NCBI RefSeq assembly: GCF_001447785.1
Contig: NW_015167060.1
Location: 1,621,402 to 1,685,347 of the forward strand
DNA length: 63,946 nucleotides
Direction: 5' to 3'
DNA from: Gekko japonicus
Lineage: Eukaryota
The number at the start of each line of letters is the position of its first letter. Positions within the stretch are counted from its first letter, which is position 1. The position numbers were made by a program, and so were the translations under genes. This document shows positions 48,963 through 61,657 of the stretch, one piece after another. The notes beneath the pieces are model-generated. The model was not told where the DNA came from, made no database searches, and saw nothing but the letters and a program-made list of their open reading frames with translations.

Positions 48963-51014
48963 GTGAGCATCCCAAGCCCTTCAGGCGACCGTCAGAACTG
49001 TTACAGAACGGTCCTTCACCAGTGGTAATACAATTCTCCTGTGGGAAGGGCAGCTGATCCCTAGGAAGGATCTCTCTTGGGGGTTATTAATAGTTGCAAG
49101 TGGCACTGGGGTTTGGCACAAGTTGTAGCCTGTTTGCCTTCACTGCACAAAACAGAAACTCAGCTGCTGTATTGGGTTTTGCTGTGTTCTGCTTCTCAAG
49201 TCGGGCAGACACATGAGTGCATTAGGTGATCAGCAGAAGATGGGATGGCAATAGGCTTGTGTGATAGTGACAGAACATCCAGGACACCAGTGATCTTGAC
49301 GTCCCTTAGAAGACATAAACATTGCGCAGGAACAGGCATGTACATGCACAAGGGGGGGGGGAATGTTCATCTGTGATGGTGCTGTGTGCCGCTGCATGTG
49401 CATTAACATGGGCACAGTCTTGGGTGGGTGTGTTTAGCTCCCTGCCAGTTGTGCACATTCAGGGGTATATGTGTGGTCATATATGGCAGCCTCACACTGT
49501 ATTGTGTATGCATATGGTTTGGGTTTGGTGTGTGTGTATGAATCTGCACATTTATGCTGACATGTTCAGATGCATGCCTACGTGCACATCTGAGAGTGTG
49601 TTTCTCACAGTGGGTGAGTGGGCAGCATGCACTGAAATGGTCTGGCAGCTGCAGGGCTGGTCGATCTGAGAAAGGGCTCTTGAATCTTGCAGCCGAGCTG
49701 CCACAACGAGCAGAGCCGTTTGCTTCCAGCTTAGCTTAAAATAGCAACAGCTGAAGAGGAAATGAGGCCAGCGCAGCCAGACAGGAGCAGGCGCTCTGCT
49801 CTCTCTGCGTGTGTGTGGGGGGAGGGATTTGTGCAGCATCCCCCTCCTTCCCTGCCTTTGGACAGCTCCTGTTCTGTGATGGGGAGGTGATTGCCTGAAC
49901 TGGCCAGTTACAGCTCACGTCTGCTGCAAGCTGAAGATGAGCCCAGCTCCCCACTGCCTCTGACAACTGAGCCAATGATTATGGATCCACCACCTGTAGT
50001 CTCTAGAAGCCTTCTCTAGGGAACGGGAGACCGAAATAATTGAGTATACTTCATGGGGCCAACTGCCTCCAAATTAGCTGGCAATTGTAAGACTTCAGGA
50101 TGGTATATATAGAGTTGTCCCACAAATCTTAACAGGGGCAGCCCAGGTCACCAGGACAGGACAAGCTGCCATTTACCTTCATCCCTGACAGTTGAAGTGC
50201 ACGGAACAGAAAAACCTGAATGATACTTGGTTCCCCCTCCAATGATATCAGGAGTATCAGCTGTCCAACTTCTCCCTGCCATGCAGCCTCTTGGGGCCAG
50301 GAACTGGCCACTCTAACTGAAGGCCTATTTTACAGCTTCAGTCAGAGTTTTGAAAGAGCTGATTTTCTGTCAGTTTCTTCCTTGCAGTTAGAACAGAATG
50401 AAAGCTGAAACGCACAAAAATTTGAGACAATCCTGTTGGAATGGACCTGCTTTAGTGCAGAACTTCCTAGTAGACATGAGTCCCCAGGTTAGTCCTGGAC
50501 TGTTGTTTTGGCAAGACCCCAAGAATGGTGCTGGGCAGACCAGGGAGACTTAAGGAACTTGCAGCCTATTCTTGTGCTGTTAGGAAACAAACATCTTCTG
50601 GCCTGAAAGTGGGACTTTGCAGAAAGCAAGCCTATCACTTTCTGTCTGTATAGAAAGTTCTGGCAGCTGTCATGAACAAAGGTCCACTGAACCTATGGAG
50701 GGTGTCTAGCACAGTCCTGGGAGGGAGAGAATATTGGATCACAACAGGAGGGTGTTGGCCAAGGTTGTGTGGGCATAATATTTATATCCAATAAAATATA
50801 AAGTGGACTGAAGAAAAGGAGCAATAAAACTGATAAGGTATTATTAGCCATTAACAGTTCCTGGGTCAAATCCTGGGTTAAATCCTGCAGTGCCAAAGTA
50901 TTTGGGTGGAAAATGTGCACCAACCATCACTGAACTAGCCAGCAATCACCTTAGAGGAGAGAGATGAAATGCTGGCCCTCCACCTCCTCTTCAAAGTGGC
51001 CCTAGTAAAACAAA

Positions 51015-51537
51015 GGCTGCGGGCACACGGGCAGGAAAATGCGGGGGGGGGAGCGTGGCTGCTTGCCCCGGGGCTAAAAACCGCACAGTTGCGCGAGCAT
51101 ACCTACCGTGGAAGTCCCGTTGAGGTCCTGTGGTAGGGGGGAGGTGCCAATCACTCCACAGTCCTGCGGCGCAGCAAAGAAGCGGGGCGCGGGGCAAACG
51201 GGTTGGTTTTTTAAAAAAACCCTCAAATGTGCGCATGCTCCCTTGGGTGCTTGTGCGCATCTGTGGAGACTTTGGGGGGGGGGAACCTCTTTGCGAGGGA
51301 ACATGGGCGGGTGCCAGAACTACCACCGGAAACACGATCAGATGCCCACCCTTGCCCCGCGGTTTCAGGAAACTAGTACCTCCGAGGTACTAGTTTTTTA
51401 CCGCACATCTTCCGCGGGAAGCCTCGGGTTCGCCACGGGAGCTTGACGCTTCCCAGATGTGGCGGTGAGATCGCGCCTGGAAAATCCGCCTAGCTTCCGT
51501 CCCTCTAGCGTGCCCAATGCTCCGTGTGACCGCAGCC
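51015..51537. mobile_element. Young PIF/Harbinger-like MITE
   Basis: TIR ggctgcgggcacacgg / ccgtgtgaccgcagcc, flanked by aaa/taa (TWA-type target), CpG-rich. Confidence 0.72.
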
Positions 51538-51818
51538 TAAGTAAACTAATCACTAGTTATTAGGGCCGTAGAGCATAATATGCTGGCCACTCTTTGTCCC
51601 CCAGCATCAGAAATGTTCTGTTACCAAATAACTGATCATTTAAAATTATTACTGTTTATTAGAATGACTGCAAGACTCCAGTGCAATCTGATTTTATGTT
51701 AGATGTATTGGGCAGTCTGGTCCACAACTGAGGCTTGCTGGTATGCTGGAGCGTTCAGTGAACACATACTGGGAAGGCAATGTCAGCCATGAGTAACCTG
51801 CCCATCTTTCCTCTGCAG

Positions 51819-51908
51819 CCGGAGGAGGTTGGTCAGGAAGCTGTGGAGGAGCCACTGATAGAGCCACTGTTGGAACCTGAGGGTGAGAATTATGAAGAGC
51901 CACCACAG
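51819..51908 (+). CDS. SNCB: Beta-synuclein coding exon 4
   Basis: ctgcag|PEEVGQEAVEEPLIEPLLEPEGENYEEPPQ|gtcagt, 90 nt. Confidence 0.97.
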
Positions 51909-52374
51909 GTCAGTTGGAAAGAGCTGAAGCAGTCTGGTGGGGAAATGAGGGTAGGAGATTCTGGGAAACAAAGGGCCTTTCATCATAGTTCCCTGAGGGA
52001 CAGAGGGTTGGATCCAGCAAGCACTGGTTGAAGGACCGTGGGTATTCCCCACTGTCCCCAGGAAGGCTGATTCCCAGTATGGAGTAATACCCATACAGGT
52101 CAGTGGGCTGCTGTGAGAACCAAGAAAAATCACCAGCTCCTTCTCTTCTATCAGTGCAGTTCAACTGATGGCAGGAAGGGCCCTTTCAAAGAAGCAGTTA
52201 TTTGTCCACTACTTAAAAAAAATCCCTACAGAAAAATGACATGGCCAATTATTTCCCAGTCCCTAATCTGTCCTTTCTGTTGAAGGTGATTAATCGAGCA
52301 GTCGCAGACCAACTCCAGGTTTTCATGGATAACTCATTTGCTCTGGACCCTTTCAGTCTGGTTTCAGGCTAGGC

Positions 52375-52717
52375 CAGGGGATCTCCAAATGTTGAGCCCG
52401 AGGGCACCTTTAGAATTCTAATGTAGGGTGGAGGGAACGGATACAAACTGGCTGCCACAGGAGGTGGAGCCAATCACACAGAAGCCCAAGTACAGGGGAG
52501 AAGAAGCATCATGAAAATAAAACAGAGGGCAGCTGCCACTGAAACAGTGCTATTATAATTTGCATAGCCAGCCAGCCAGCTTTCAGTGGCAGATCAGAAG
52601 CCCTGCTGGGCAAAAGTCCCACCTAGCCCCACTCATTTTCTAAAAATACTTGGCAGGTGCTAAGTAAGGTGTCAGCAGGCTCCATGATGCCCATAGGCAC
52701 CATGTTGGGGACTCCTG
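52375..52717. mobile_element. hAT MITE inserted in LINE relic
   Basis: caggggatctccaa / ttggggactcctg, TSD ggctaggc / ggctaggg. Confidence 0.75.
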
Positions 52718-52908
52718 GGCTAGGGTTTGGGACAGAGATGGCCCAGGAGCTTTAGTTGATGGTCTCTGGTTGTAGACAGATGCCATGCCTCTTCATTGTT
52801 CCTACTGGATTTATCTGCAGCTTTTGATAACCGCGGACTGTGACATTTTGTTGAGATATTTGGAGGCAGAAGTAGGCATAAGGGGATATACTTTATCTTG
52901 GTTTAAGT

Positions 52909-53215
52909 GAGGGGTCCCCAACTTTTTTGAGCCTATGGACACCTTTGGAATTCTGACACAGTGTAGTGGGCACAGCCATAAAATGGCCACCACAGGAGGC
53001 TACAAAATGGCTACTGCAACTTACTTTCAGTCACACAATTACAATCCTTGTGCTGTGGTGGCAACTGCTGTCAAAATACTTTAAAATTCTGTTCACCTGA
53101 ATCTCCAGTGGCCAATCAGAAGCCTTGCTGGGTAAAAGCCCCACCTGGCTCCACGCACTTTCTAAAATACTTGGCAGGCACCATGGTGCCCATAGCACCA
53201 TGTTGGAGACACCTG
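52909..53215. mobile_element. hAT MITE, same family as 52375
   Basis: gaggggtccccaac / gttggagacacctg, TSD gtttaagt / atttaaat; shared internal sequence. Confidence 0.7.
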
Positions 53216-54150
53216 ATTTAAATTTTTCCTTACAGACTGGACCCAAAGGGTTGCCATTGGAGACCAGTCATCATTAGGATGGGATTTGCCCTGTGGGGTT
53301 CCACAGAGTGCAGTCCTGTCTCCCACATTATTAAATCTCTATGTAAAGGCCCTAGAAGAAATTATTTAAAGTTTTGTAATTGGATGCCACTAATATACTG
53401 ACGATACCCAGCTCTCTATCCAAAATTAATGGGGATGTGCTAGAGGTCTTGAGCCACTGCTGCTGTTATATGGCTAGGAGTGAACAAACTGAAACAGAAT
53501 CCTGACACGACAGAGGTAATGCTGGTTGGGAAGCCTGACATTGAAAGATATTGTGGTTCCCACCATCTGTGGGGTTCTGCTGATTTGCCTAGGGGTTATA
53601 CTGGATCCAACATTGCTGCTGGAAAAGTTAATGCAAAAATGCTTCCAACTTAGTTTAGCACAGAAGATGGCTCCCTACTTTTGACTAGGCTGTTCTGGCC
53701 ACCCAGATGCATGCTATGGTACCATTGATACTATTGTAATGTACTCTAAATGGGTCTGCCCTTGGGGTCAACTGAGAGACTCCCATCTGTTCAAAATGCC
53801 GCTGCTCAGTTATTATCAGGAGCAAGACAGTGCATGCATATTACACCCATTCTGCAGTCACTCCATTGGTGGTTCATCGGTTATTCAAGATGCTGGCTAT
53901 AACTTACGAAGTCTTTCATGGCCTTGGAGCCTCATATCTGTAAGACCATCCCTCTTGCCGTGCCACAATAGCTTTATTCATCTGAGCAGGGCCTTCAATG
54001 GGTACTACCCTGCAAATGGGCAAGATCAACAACTGCCCATAAACATGCATTCTCTGTTGTGGCCCCCATTTTGTGGACTGGCCTGCCTGAAAAGGTCAGA
54101 AAGGCATCTGTTGTTCTGCAAACTATGTAAAACAGAATTGTGCAGGAGGG

Positions 54151-54443
54151 CAGCAGTTCGAGACCCGGGTGCCGCATGATGGAGTGAGCTCCTATCTCTA
54201 GTTCCAGCTCCTGCCAACCTAGCAGTTCGAAAGCAAGAAATTGCAAGTAGATAAATAGGTACCACTTTGGTGGGAAGGTAACAGCATTCCGTGTGCCTTG
54301 GTATTTAGTCATGCCGGCCACATGACCACGGAAACGTCTTCGGACAGCGCTGGCTCTTCGGCTTTAAAACGGAGATGAGCACTGCAACCCTAGAGTCGGA
54401 TTCGACTGGCTTTCGAGCAAGGGAACCTTTACCTTTACCTTTA
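54151..54443 (+). mobile_element. Sauria SINE, 5'-truncated
   Basis: Same body, with (ACCTTT)3 tail. Confidence 0.88.
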
Positions 54444-55359
54444 AGGACTATATTAAATGATTCAGGGAGATGCTTTAATAAAAGGAACAGGAATGGGGAC
54501 TATTCTGCTGCATACAGGATTTTTATCTGTATGCATTATTCTGTTTCCCTATATTGTCTTCAACTCATGGAATACCGTGGTCTGCGTTATTTAGCATATC
54601 ATGTCTAATACTTGCTGATTTGATTCAAGTGTCTGTAATCCTACCAATTGTTGTGCTTATTGGATGTTACATCCTGTCGATAACTCACACTGTATGATCC
54701 ACCTTGAGGTTCACTGAGAAAGGTGGACCTTAAATAAATAAAACTATGCCTCCTTCTCAGTGCAGCACAGACCACCTGGCTGTAAATCCATGCTGGTCCT
54801 CCAACCGCAGAAATCAACTTTCTCAGGGTTGGAAGGGATTGCTGACAGGAGGGGAAAGATCGGTGATAGTCACTGCCTTTTACTGCCTGGTTGCTGGATG
54901 CCACCCAGAGCCATTCATGTTTCAAGAGCTGCTGACTAAAGGCAGGCACAAGAAATGGCTAAGCAGACAGTAGTAAGGTGTAAGACCTGGGCAGACTACC
55001 CTCTAGGAGGTCTAAGTGAGAATTTGGGGGCACTAGAAACAGTTTGTACACACAAGAGAGCAGACAGTACCTGCATTGTTGTACACATATTAAACCACCT
55101 TGAGAATGGCCTGCTGCAGGACCTTTTGGGAGACAACCATGAAAAGGTGGTGGTTGATAAGACTCGTGTGGCCATCCAAACTGGTGAATGGGGGAGGGGG
55201 CAGGGTTAGGAAGGACAATGGTTGAATGAACTCAGGTGCTGCATCTCAGATTAGGTTTCCCAGCATTTCCCGTGTATCTTCTGCCTGGCTCCAGCGCTGA
55301 GATATCTTGGCCCATGTCCTTCAGCCTTCTCATGCCCGATGTAATTTGTTTCCTTCCAG

Positions 55360-55392
55360 GAAGAATATCAGGAATACGAGCCGGAAGCATAA
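55360..55392 (+). CDS. SNCB: Beta-synuclein last coding exon
   Basis: ttccag|EEYQEYEPEA* (TAA at 55390-55392). Total CDS 402 nt / 133 aa. Confidence 0.97.
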   Translation, partial: EEYQEYEPEA

Positions 55393-56130
55393 TGGCCATC
55401 CCTGTTCCCGACACTTCCACCAGCAGCACAATAACAATAATGACCCTCCCCTCCCCAACCCTCCTCCGCCTCTCCAAAGGAAAGCTTTGAGGCAGATGGT
55501 GATGGAGAGAAACCCCCCACACCCCATCCTGCCATGAGTTCTTCCTCCAGTTCTGCTCCAAGGGACCTCATCGGGATCTGTGTTTTATGTATCGTGGTTG
55601 TTAGCGTTAAGAGAAAAACAAAGAATTCTGAAGACAAACCCTGACCGCAGCAGTTTGTGTGTGCGCGTGCGCATTTGTGAGCCCGGCCTTACTGCCCTGT
55701 CTCCCTCCCAGCTCAGTAAGGCCAGGCTTCCCGTGTCGGTAAGAAGCATGTTGTATCTTCTCCGTTTTTAAGCAGAGCATTCCATCACCTCGGCTGGGAC
55801 CCCCGCGCTGGGCCTGCTGTACATTTGCTTGCACGTGAATCATGCCGACTCCGCTCCATTACCATTGGTGGAACTTTTTTTTATATCTCTGAATGGATTG
55901 TTTACGCCTTTGTGATCTCCCCCTTTCCTGACCCCCTTGGTCTTGTAAAAGAGACTCCCTAATTTGACGGTGCAGAAGTTGTGTCTGTGTATCCCAAACA
56001 AAAGGAATACCTTCCCTTTCCTGCCCCCAGCGCTCTGTGTTGTGACCGTGGCATGGATATATACCTCCCACTGTCGCTGTGTGTGCAATCCTGGGGCAGC
56101 TGCCAGTGACACAGCTGCCCTGTGTCCATG

Positions 56131-56136
56131 AATAAA
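56131..56136 (+). terminator. SNCB polyadenylation signal (3'UTR ~55393-56155)
   Basis: First canonical AATAAA after the stop codon, followed by a GT-rich tract (cttgtctgtagctgcttgtctg). Confidence 0.75.
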
Positions 56137-56918
56137 GCCAACTCTTGTCTGTAGCTGCTTGTCTGCCTCCACGTTGTTCACGAGTCAAGAGGGGAGCAGT
56201 TGCCTTGCGCTATGAATAAGGTGGCTTTTATAGGCCTGGCATCCTGCAGCTACTGGAGCTTTTCAGGGGTCTGAGATGGTAGGACTTGTATTTCCTAAAG
56301 GAAGCAAGCCATATTGCTTCCAGAAAGGGAAAAAGCAAGCAGATACAACACCATCTTTGGCTAGGGGACAGTCAGAAGCAAGACTCCTACTTAGCATAGA
56401 AGCGGGAACCTCAACAGGTGCAGCTTTTTTCACCACTGCATGATAAACTACATCCCTTAAAGACAGAGAAGCCATACAACTAAGGTAGTGAAGAAGGAGG
56501 TCTTCTGAAACTCAGTTATTACTACACATTAAAATAGATTAATAAGATGGCTATGCAATACAGACCAGTTCATGCCCTCTGCATGCATCAGTCGGTGCCC
56601 TGATGTCAAGAACATAGTACAACTCCCAAGCACTTAGAAATGTACAGTGTTGCACATGTTGTGTATTAATCTGGCCCTGGAATCCAGATTAATATGGGAT
56701 GTATGTGGGGAAACAACATGTACAAGTCTTAAGGAGAAAGGTATTGAATATACCTCCCTGTGTATTTGGAGCAGAGCACAATGCCCATTCAAAAGCTGTT
56801 CTGCAAAAAAGCAATACAAGAAAAAATAAATTCTGCATTCTGGGTCCCTCCAACTGGAGAAGGTTTTGACCAAAATCTGGTTTTGGTCAATACATCCCTT
56901 TTAAGTGCCAGGTAAATA

Positions 56919-57135
56919 TAGGGTTGCCATATGTTTTTTGGCTGGGAGCGGGGTCTCCCGGCCGGCGTCTTAGTTTTCCCCTCAAATGGCGTGGCCCCGC
57001 CCCAGCGTGTGATGTCACTTCCGGGTGACACGCACGTGGGGGTGGGGTTTCCCCCGGGCCCCGATTCCATGGGAGCAGAAATCAGGACTCGAAAGCGGGG
57101 GGAATTCCGCCCCCCGGGGGCATTTGGCAGCCCTA
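56919..57135. mobile_element. Young hAT MITE, shorter relative of the 60041 element
   Basis: TIR tagggttgcca / tggcagcccta, perfect TSD ggtaaata; shares gtcacttccgggtgac..gcacgt.gggg core. Confidence 0.88.
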
Positions 57136-57767
57136 GGTAAATATTATTTTACCTAAACCTTTGGCTAGGGGCAACTGAGCAATATAGCAGCCTGTAACCA
57201 GGTTTATGTCTTCCTTCACTGGCTTTGCAGAGTCCCATCTGTTCAAATGTATAGCCCCTTGACCTCACCAACAGTGAAAGGCTAGAGTTGTAGCCCTAAA
57301 CACAAAAAGAAGTCCCACTAAAATCAAGATGACTTCCAAAGATGCTAAGGATCAAGGAGAAAATAACTTTACCAAATAAGAGATGTCTCCCTGCAGTCAG
57401 TACTTGAGAAGCAGCAGACCTTGGAACTATGAAGAGGCAAGTGGTTTACCTCTAGTTAGCATGATCTCTCAGATGAGCAGGTGGGGTAAACCCGCTTTAG
57501 TGATTGCTTATCCCTGCTTAACTGCCAAGCCAACTGTTGCTACAAGAAATGTTTGAAATGACAGCACCAATCAGTTTTCACATGACTGTGTACTACTATA
57601 TACAGCTAGTGATTTGTGCAATCTCTATCCAATACCATGTCCCATTACATACGTGAAAAATTGGTATCAGTCTCACCACAATACCCCTCACCACTAGCAG
57701 AAGCCTTTGGAGCAAACATTTTTCAAGCCCTTGAACTTGGCCCATATTTCTAACTTCACATACTCCT

Positions 57768-58043
57768 GCCAGTTTGGTGTAGTGGTTAAGAGCGGCACAC
57801 TGTAATCTGGAGAACTGTAATCTGGAGAATCTGGGTTTGATTCCCCACTCCTCTACGTGCAGCCAGCTGGGTGACCTTGGGTCAGTCACAGCTCTCAGAG
57901 CTGTTCTCTCAAGAGTAGTTCTCTCAGAGCTCTTTCAGCCCCACCAACCCCACAGGGTGTCTGTTGTGGGGAGAGGAAGGGAAGGAGATTGTAAACTGCT
58001 CTAAGACTCTGAATGAAGGCTGGGGCATAAATCCAGCTCTTCT
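57768..58043 (+). mobile_element. Squam3-like SINE
   Basis: gccagtttggtgtagtggttaag head; same body; internal short duplication ctgtaatctggagaa x2. Confidence 0.8.
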
Positions 58044-58295
58044 TTATAGCAATCTAAATTTTTGTCAGTGCTTTCACACATTCTGATACACTAATGAGGC
58101 CTGGCTTTCTTAACATACAGCATAATCTTACAGGACTATTAGTTCTTGTCTTTACTGCATCAGCTGCCAATTTGTCTGATGTATACATTATCAGGCTGAT
58201 AAGCCTGAATCAAATTTGGATCTTTTTAGAATAGCAGTGCTATGTTAGACTTTTCACAAATCCTACAGATACAGAAATTTATTAGTATCAATACA

Positions 58296-59400
58296 TCTAA
58301 TTCTCAACATGGTTCCATCTGTGGATACTTAAATTTGGATACTGGAGCTATAGACCGACAAGATGGATCTTTCTACAAACCTGAGAAAAGCCCCAGGGTT
58401 GCAGGGAAATCTGAAATCTAAAATTTATACATATGGAACACCTGTGGTGTTAAGGGAAAGATGCCCTCAGTGGCTGTTGCTAGGCGACCACTACAGTATT
58501 CAAGCCTTGGTTTCTGTCAGTAAAAGGCAAGGGAGGGCCTTTCCAGGGCCTATGAGGGAGGACTCATTGCAGCCGCCGCCGCCAAGGAACTCGCTACTGC
58601 ATGACTCACCCAGGCCCACAAAACCCAGTGTAGTGGTTAGAGTTTCAGACTAGGATCTGGGAGATGCAGGTTCAAATCCCTACTCTGCTGTGGAAGCTCA
58701 GTGTGTGACTTTGGGCTGATATAACACTCTCAGCCTAACCTATCTCACAGGGTTATTGTGAGGATAAAATGGAGGAGGAAAAAAAGATGATGTGAGAGGC
58801 TTTGTTCCGTGCACCTTAGTGTTTAGTCATGCCGGCCACATGACCACGGAAATGTCTTCGGACAGCGCTGGCTCCTCGGCTTTGAAACGGAGATGAGCAC
58901 CGCAACCCTAGAGTCGTATTCGACTGGCTTTCGAGCAAGGGAACCTTTACCTTTACCTTAAGATGCTTTGGGTCCCTATTGTGGAGAAAAGCAGGATATA
59001 AATGAATAAAAATATATCTGACGATGGGGGAAAATAAAAGGAGGTTGGTGGGTGAAAATGTCAGAAGGAAGCAGAGATAGGTGAGGATATCAGGGGCTGT
59101 CAGGAGAAGGGAAAGAAAAAATAGTATGAGAAAGGGATACAGGGGAAGACGAGGTGCCCCCTGTGAGTCCTTGCAAGTTTCCCACCATGCAGCTGGGCCA
59201 GGCTCAACCAACACTGCACAATTTGGCCAGAGTTTTCCAAGGGAGAGGCTGCCAGGGAGAGGGAATGAAGGAAAGCTGAAGACAGGCAAAGGTAGGTCGG
59301 CTGATCAGCAGGAAGGAGAAGGGGAGATGGTATGGGACTTTCAGATAAGGGAAAGGGAAATGAGATAACCCTCCAGAAGTCTTTGCAGGCCCCCTACTTG
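58296..59400 (+). mobile_element. Composite repeat, putative non-autonomous Helitron (other copies 14932-~16530 and 59410-~59770)
   Basis: Three copies start (t)ct(a/g)attctcaa. Two show the same order: unique block, SINE at the identical junction, purine-rich block. Ends have a cctgcaag..cttgc.gg-like hairpin, here followed by CTTG|T. No TIR or TSD. Confidence 0.5.
58804..58959 (+). mobile_element. Sauria SINE 3' fragment nested in an older SINE
   Basis: Sauria 3' half with acctttacctttacct tail; the interrupted host SINE resumes at atgctttgggtcc. Confidence 0.85.
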
Positions 59401-60040
59401 TTAATATAGCTAATTCTCAACGTGGCCAAATCGGGATACTGGTATCCAGAGACTGGAGCCATGAATAGACAGGACAGATATTTCTACAAACCTGAAAAGG
59501 CCCCAAGTTTGCAGGAAAATCTGAAATAAAAAATAGAAAGCCCCCTCAGGAGCCATTGCTAGGCAACCACAATGGTACTGTCAGCCTTCAAGCCTTGGTT
59601 TCCTGTCAGTAGAAGGCAGGGGAGGGCTCTTTTCAGGGCAGTTTTTGCCTTTGAAGGTAGACTCATCAGGGCCAGGCCTGACAGCAAACACTGGGGGATT
59701 AGCTTCCACATGACCTCCATGACTCACCCAGACCCAGCTGCTTGCTACTGTTCAACAGCAGCTACTTTACGAGAGCCACAGATTATTGCCACCAGTTTGA
59801 AACTTGCCTTCTGGCAAAAAGCACTGTATTTTATTTCCTCATTTCCCATCAGTTGGTGGTTCCTCCAGTTTACTAGTGATTTCCTAACAACGGCTAAAAC
59901 TGTTAGAAGGGCAGGGAAGGTTCAAACTTATAGCCAAAGAATGAACAGCAAATTAACACTTCCCACAATTAGAAAAGACACATTTAGACATTCATCTGCT
60001 AGTTTGACATATTTATTGCTTTATAAATGTTGACCTTATA

Positions 60041-60384
60041 TAGGGTTGCCAAGTTTGTTTTTCGCCGCAGTGGGGGACTCCCGGCTGGTGGCTGGAGAGC
60101 GTGCGCACGCACAAAGCGTGCATGCGCTGCATCCACGTCACTCGGAAGTGACGCGACCACGCCGGGCACGCTGGGGCGGGGCCACGACCATCCGAGGGAA
60201 AACCACAGAGTTTTCCCTCGGATGACCGTGGCCCTGCCCCCAGCATGCCCGGTGTGGTCGCGTCACTTCCGGGTGACGTGCACGTCGGGGGTGGGGTTCC
60301 CCCCAGGGCCCGATCCGGCGGCGGCGGGGAACGGGCCTCTGGGGCAGGGGTTTCCCCACCCCCCGGGGGAACTTGGCAAGCCTA
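60041..60384. mobile_element. Young hAT MITE (TAGGGTTGCCA TIR family) with long internal hairpin
   Basis: TIR tagggttgccaagt / acttggcaagccta, perfect 8-bp TSD accttata, CpG-rich. Confidence 0.88.
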
Positions 60385-60826
60385 ACCTTATAACATTAAC
60401 TTGTTATTTAGTGTCACTTTGCATATCTTGAATATCATCATGTTACATGTTAATTTACTGTTCATTCTCTGGCTATAAGTTTGAACCTTCCCTGCCATTC
60501 TAATGTATTTGATAAAGTGTGCCTTGCACACAAAAGCTCATACCTCGAATAAACCTTTGTTGGTCTTAAAGGTGCCATTGGATTCTAAATTTGTTCTACT
60601 GCTTCAGACCAACACAGCTGACCATCTGGATCTATCTCCAATGGCCAAAATCTGTAGTAAAGAAAAGGCATGAAGCAAAATACTATTTTTGTGAGAGAAA
60701 ATTAGAAAGATCAGCCCCCACCCAACTTTAATCCTCATGCAGCAGCATGTGACTAACAGAGCTGCAAAACACATTAGAGTCATATGACACGAAGAGTCAG
60801 AGTTATGACTTCATTGGTGGAAAGGG

Positions 60827-61315
60827 CAGGCCCATAGCCAGGAATTTCTAAGTCAGGGGGCATTCTAATTCCTCGGGGGGCACTGGGGTACTAACTAATT
60901 TGATTAAAAGTAATTTAATTACTGGCTTCATGGCGCTTTCGGGTGTGGTGGCGGCGCCCTCTACCTGGCCGTCAGCTCTGCCTGCCTTGAGCTTTGGCAT
61001 CTTGTGCCTCCTCCCTGGTGCTCCCCTCCACCCACCCCAGCTTCTGGCCTGCCCACTCACCTTTCCCCAGTGCAGAAAAGATGCTCTGCAGGTTGCTACC
61101 AGGATGAGGGGGAAGGAGGGTGGGAGTGGGAAGAGAAAGCACTGGAAAGGTGGAAGGCAAGGAGAACCGGAGGCTCCAGCAGCACAGGGGGAGTTTGTGG
61201 CGGGCACCCCATCTTGCCAGAGAGTCAGGGGGCCTGGGTGGAAAGGGATTCAGGGGGCCTTGGCAGGAAGGCAGGGGGCCAGGCCCCAAAATGCCCCATT
61301 GTAGCTACGGGCATG
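60827..61315. mobile_element. hAT (Tip100-like) non-autonomous element
   Basis: caggcccatagc / gctacgggcatg termini, TSD ggaaaggg / gggaaggg. Confidence 0.7.
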
Positions 61316-61373
61316 GGGAAGGGGCTCCAAGCTATGCTGAAGGACTGATAGACAATGGAAAGCCAGCCTGGAG

Positions 61374-61657
61374 GAAGAAGAGAAGAAGAAGAAGAGATTG
61401 GATTTATACCCCGCCGTTCACTTGGAGTCTCAGAGCGGCTTACAAACTCCTTTCCCTTCCCCTCCCCACAACAGACACCCTGGGAGGTGGGTGGGGCTGA
61501 GAGAACTCTGACACAAACTGCTCTTTTTCAAGGACAGCTGTGCCAGAGCTTGTGACTGACCCAAGGCCACATCAGCAGGTGCAAGTGGAGGAGTAGGGAA
61601 TCAAACCCGGTTCTCCCAGATTAGAGTCCGCACACTTAACCACTACACCAAACTGGC
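61374..61657 (-). mobile_element. Squam3-like SINE
   Basis: (AAG)n tail, same body. Confidence 0.8.

Larger units (their letters stand above)
52170..54742 (+). pseudogene. Decayed L2/CR1-group LINE reverse-transcriptase relic, interrupted by two hAT MITEs and a Sauria SINE
   Basis: Fragments PVPNLSFLLKVINRAVADQLQ, QSGFR, GVPQSAVLSPTLLNLYVK and YTDDTQL (YADD motif), with frameshifts and stops. Confidence 0.75.
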
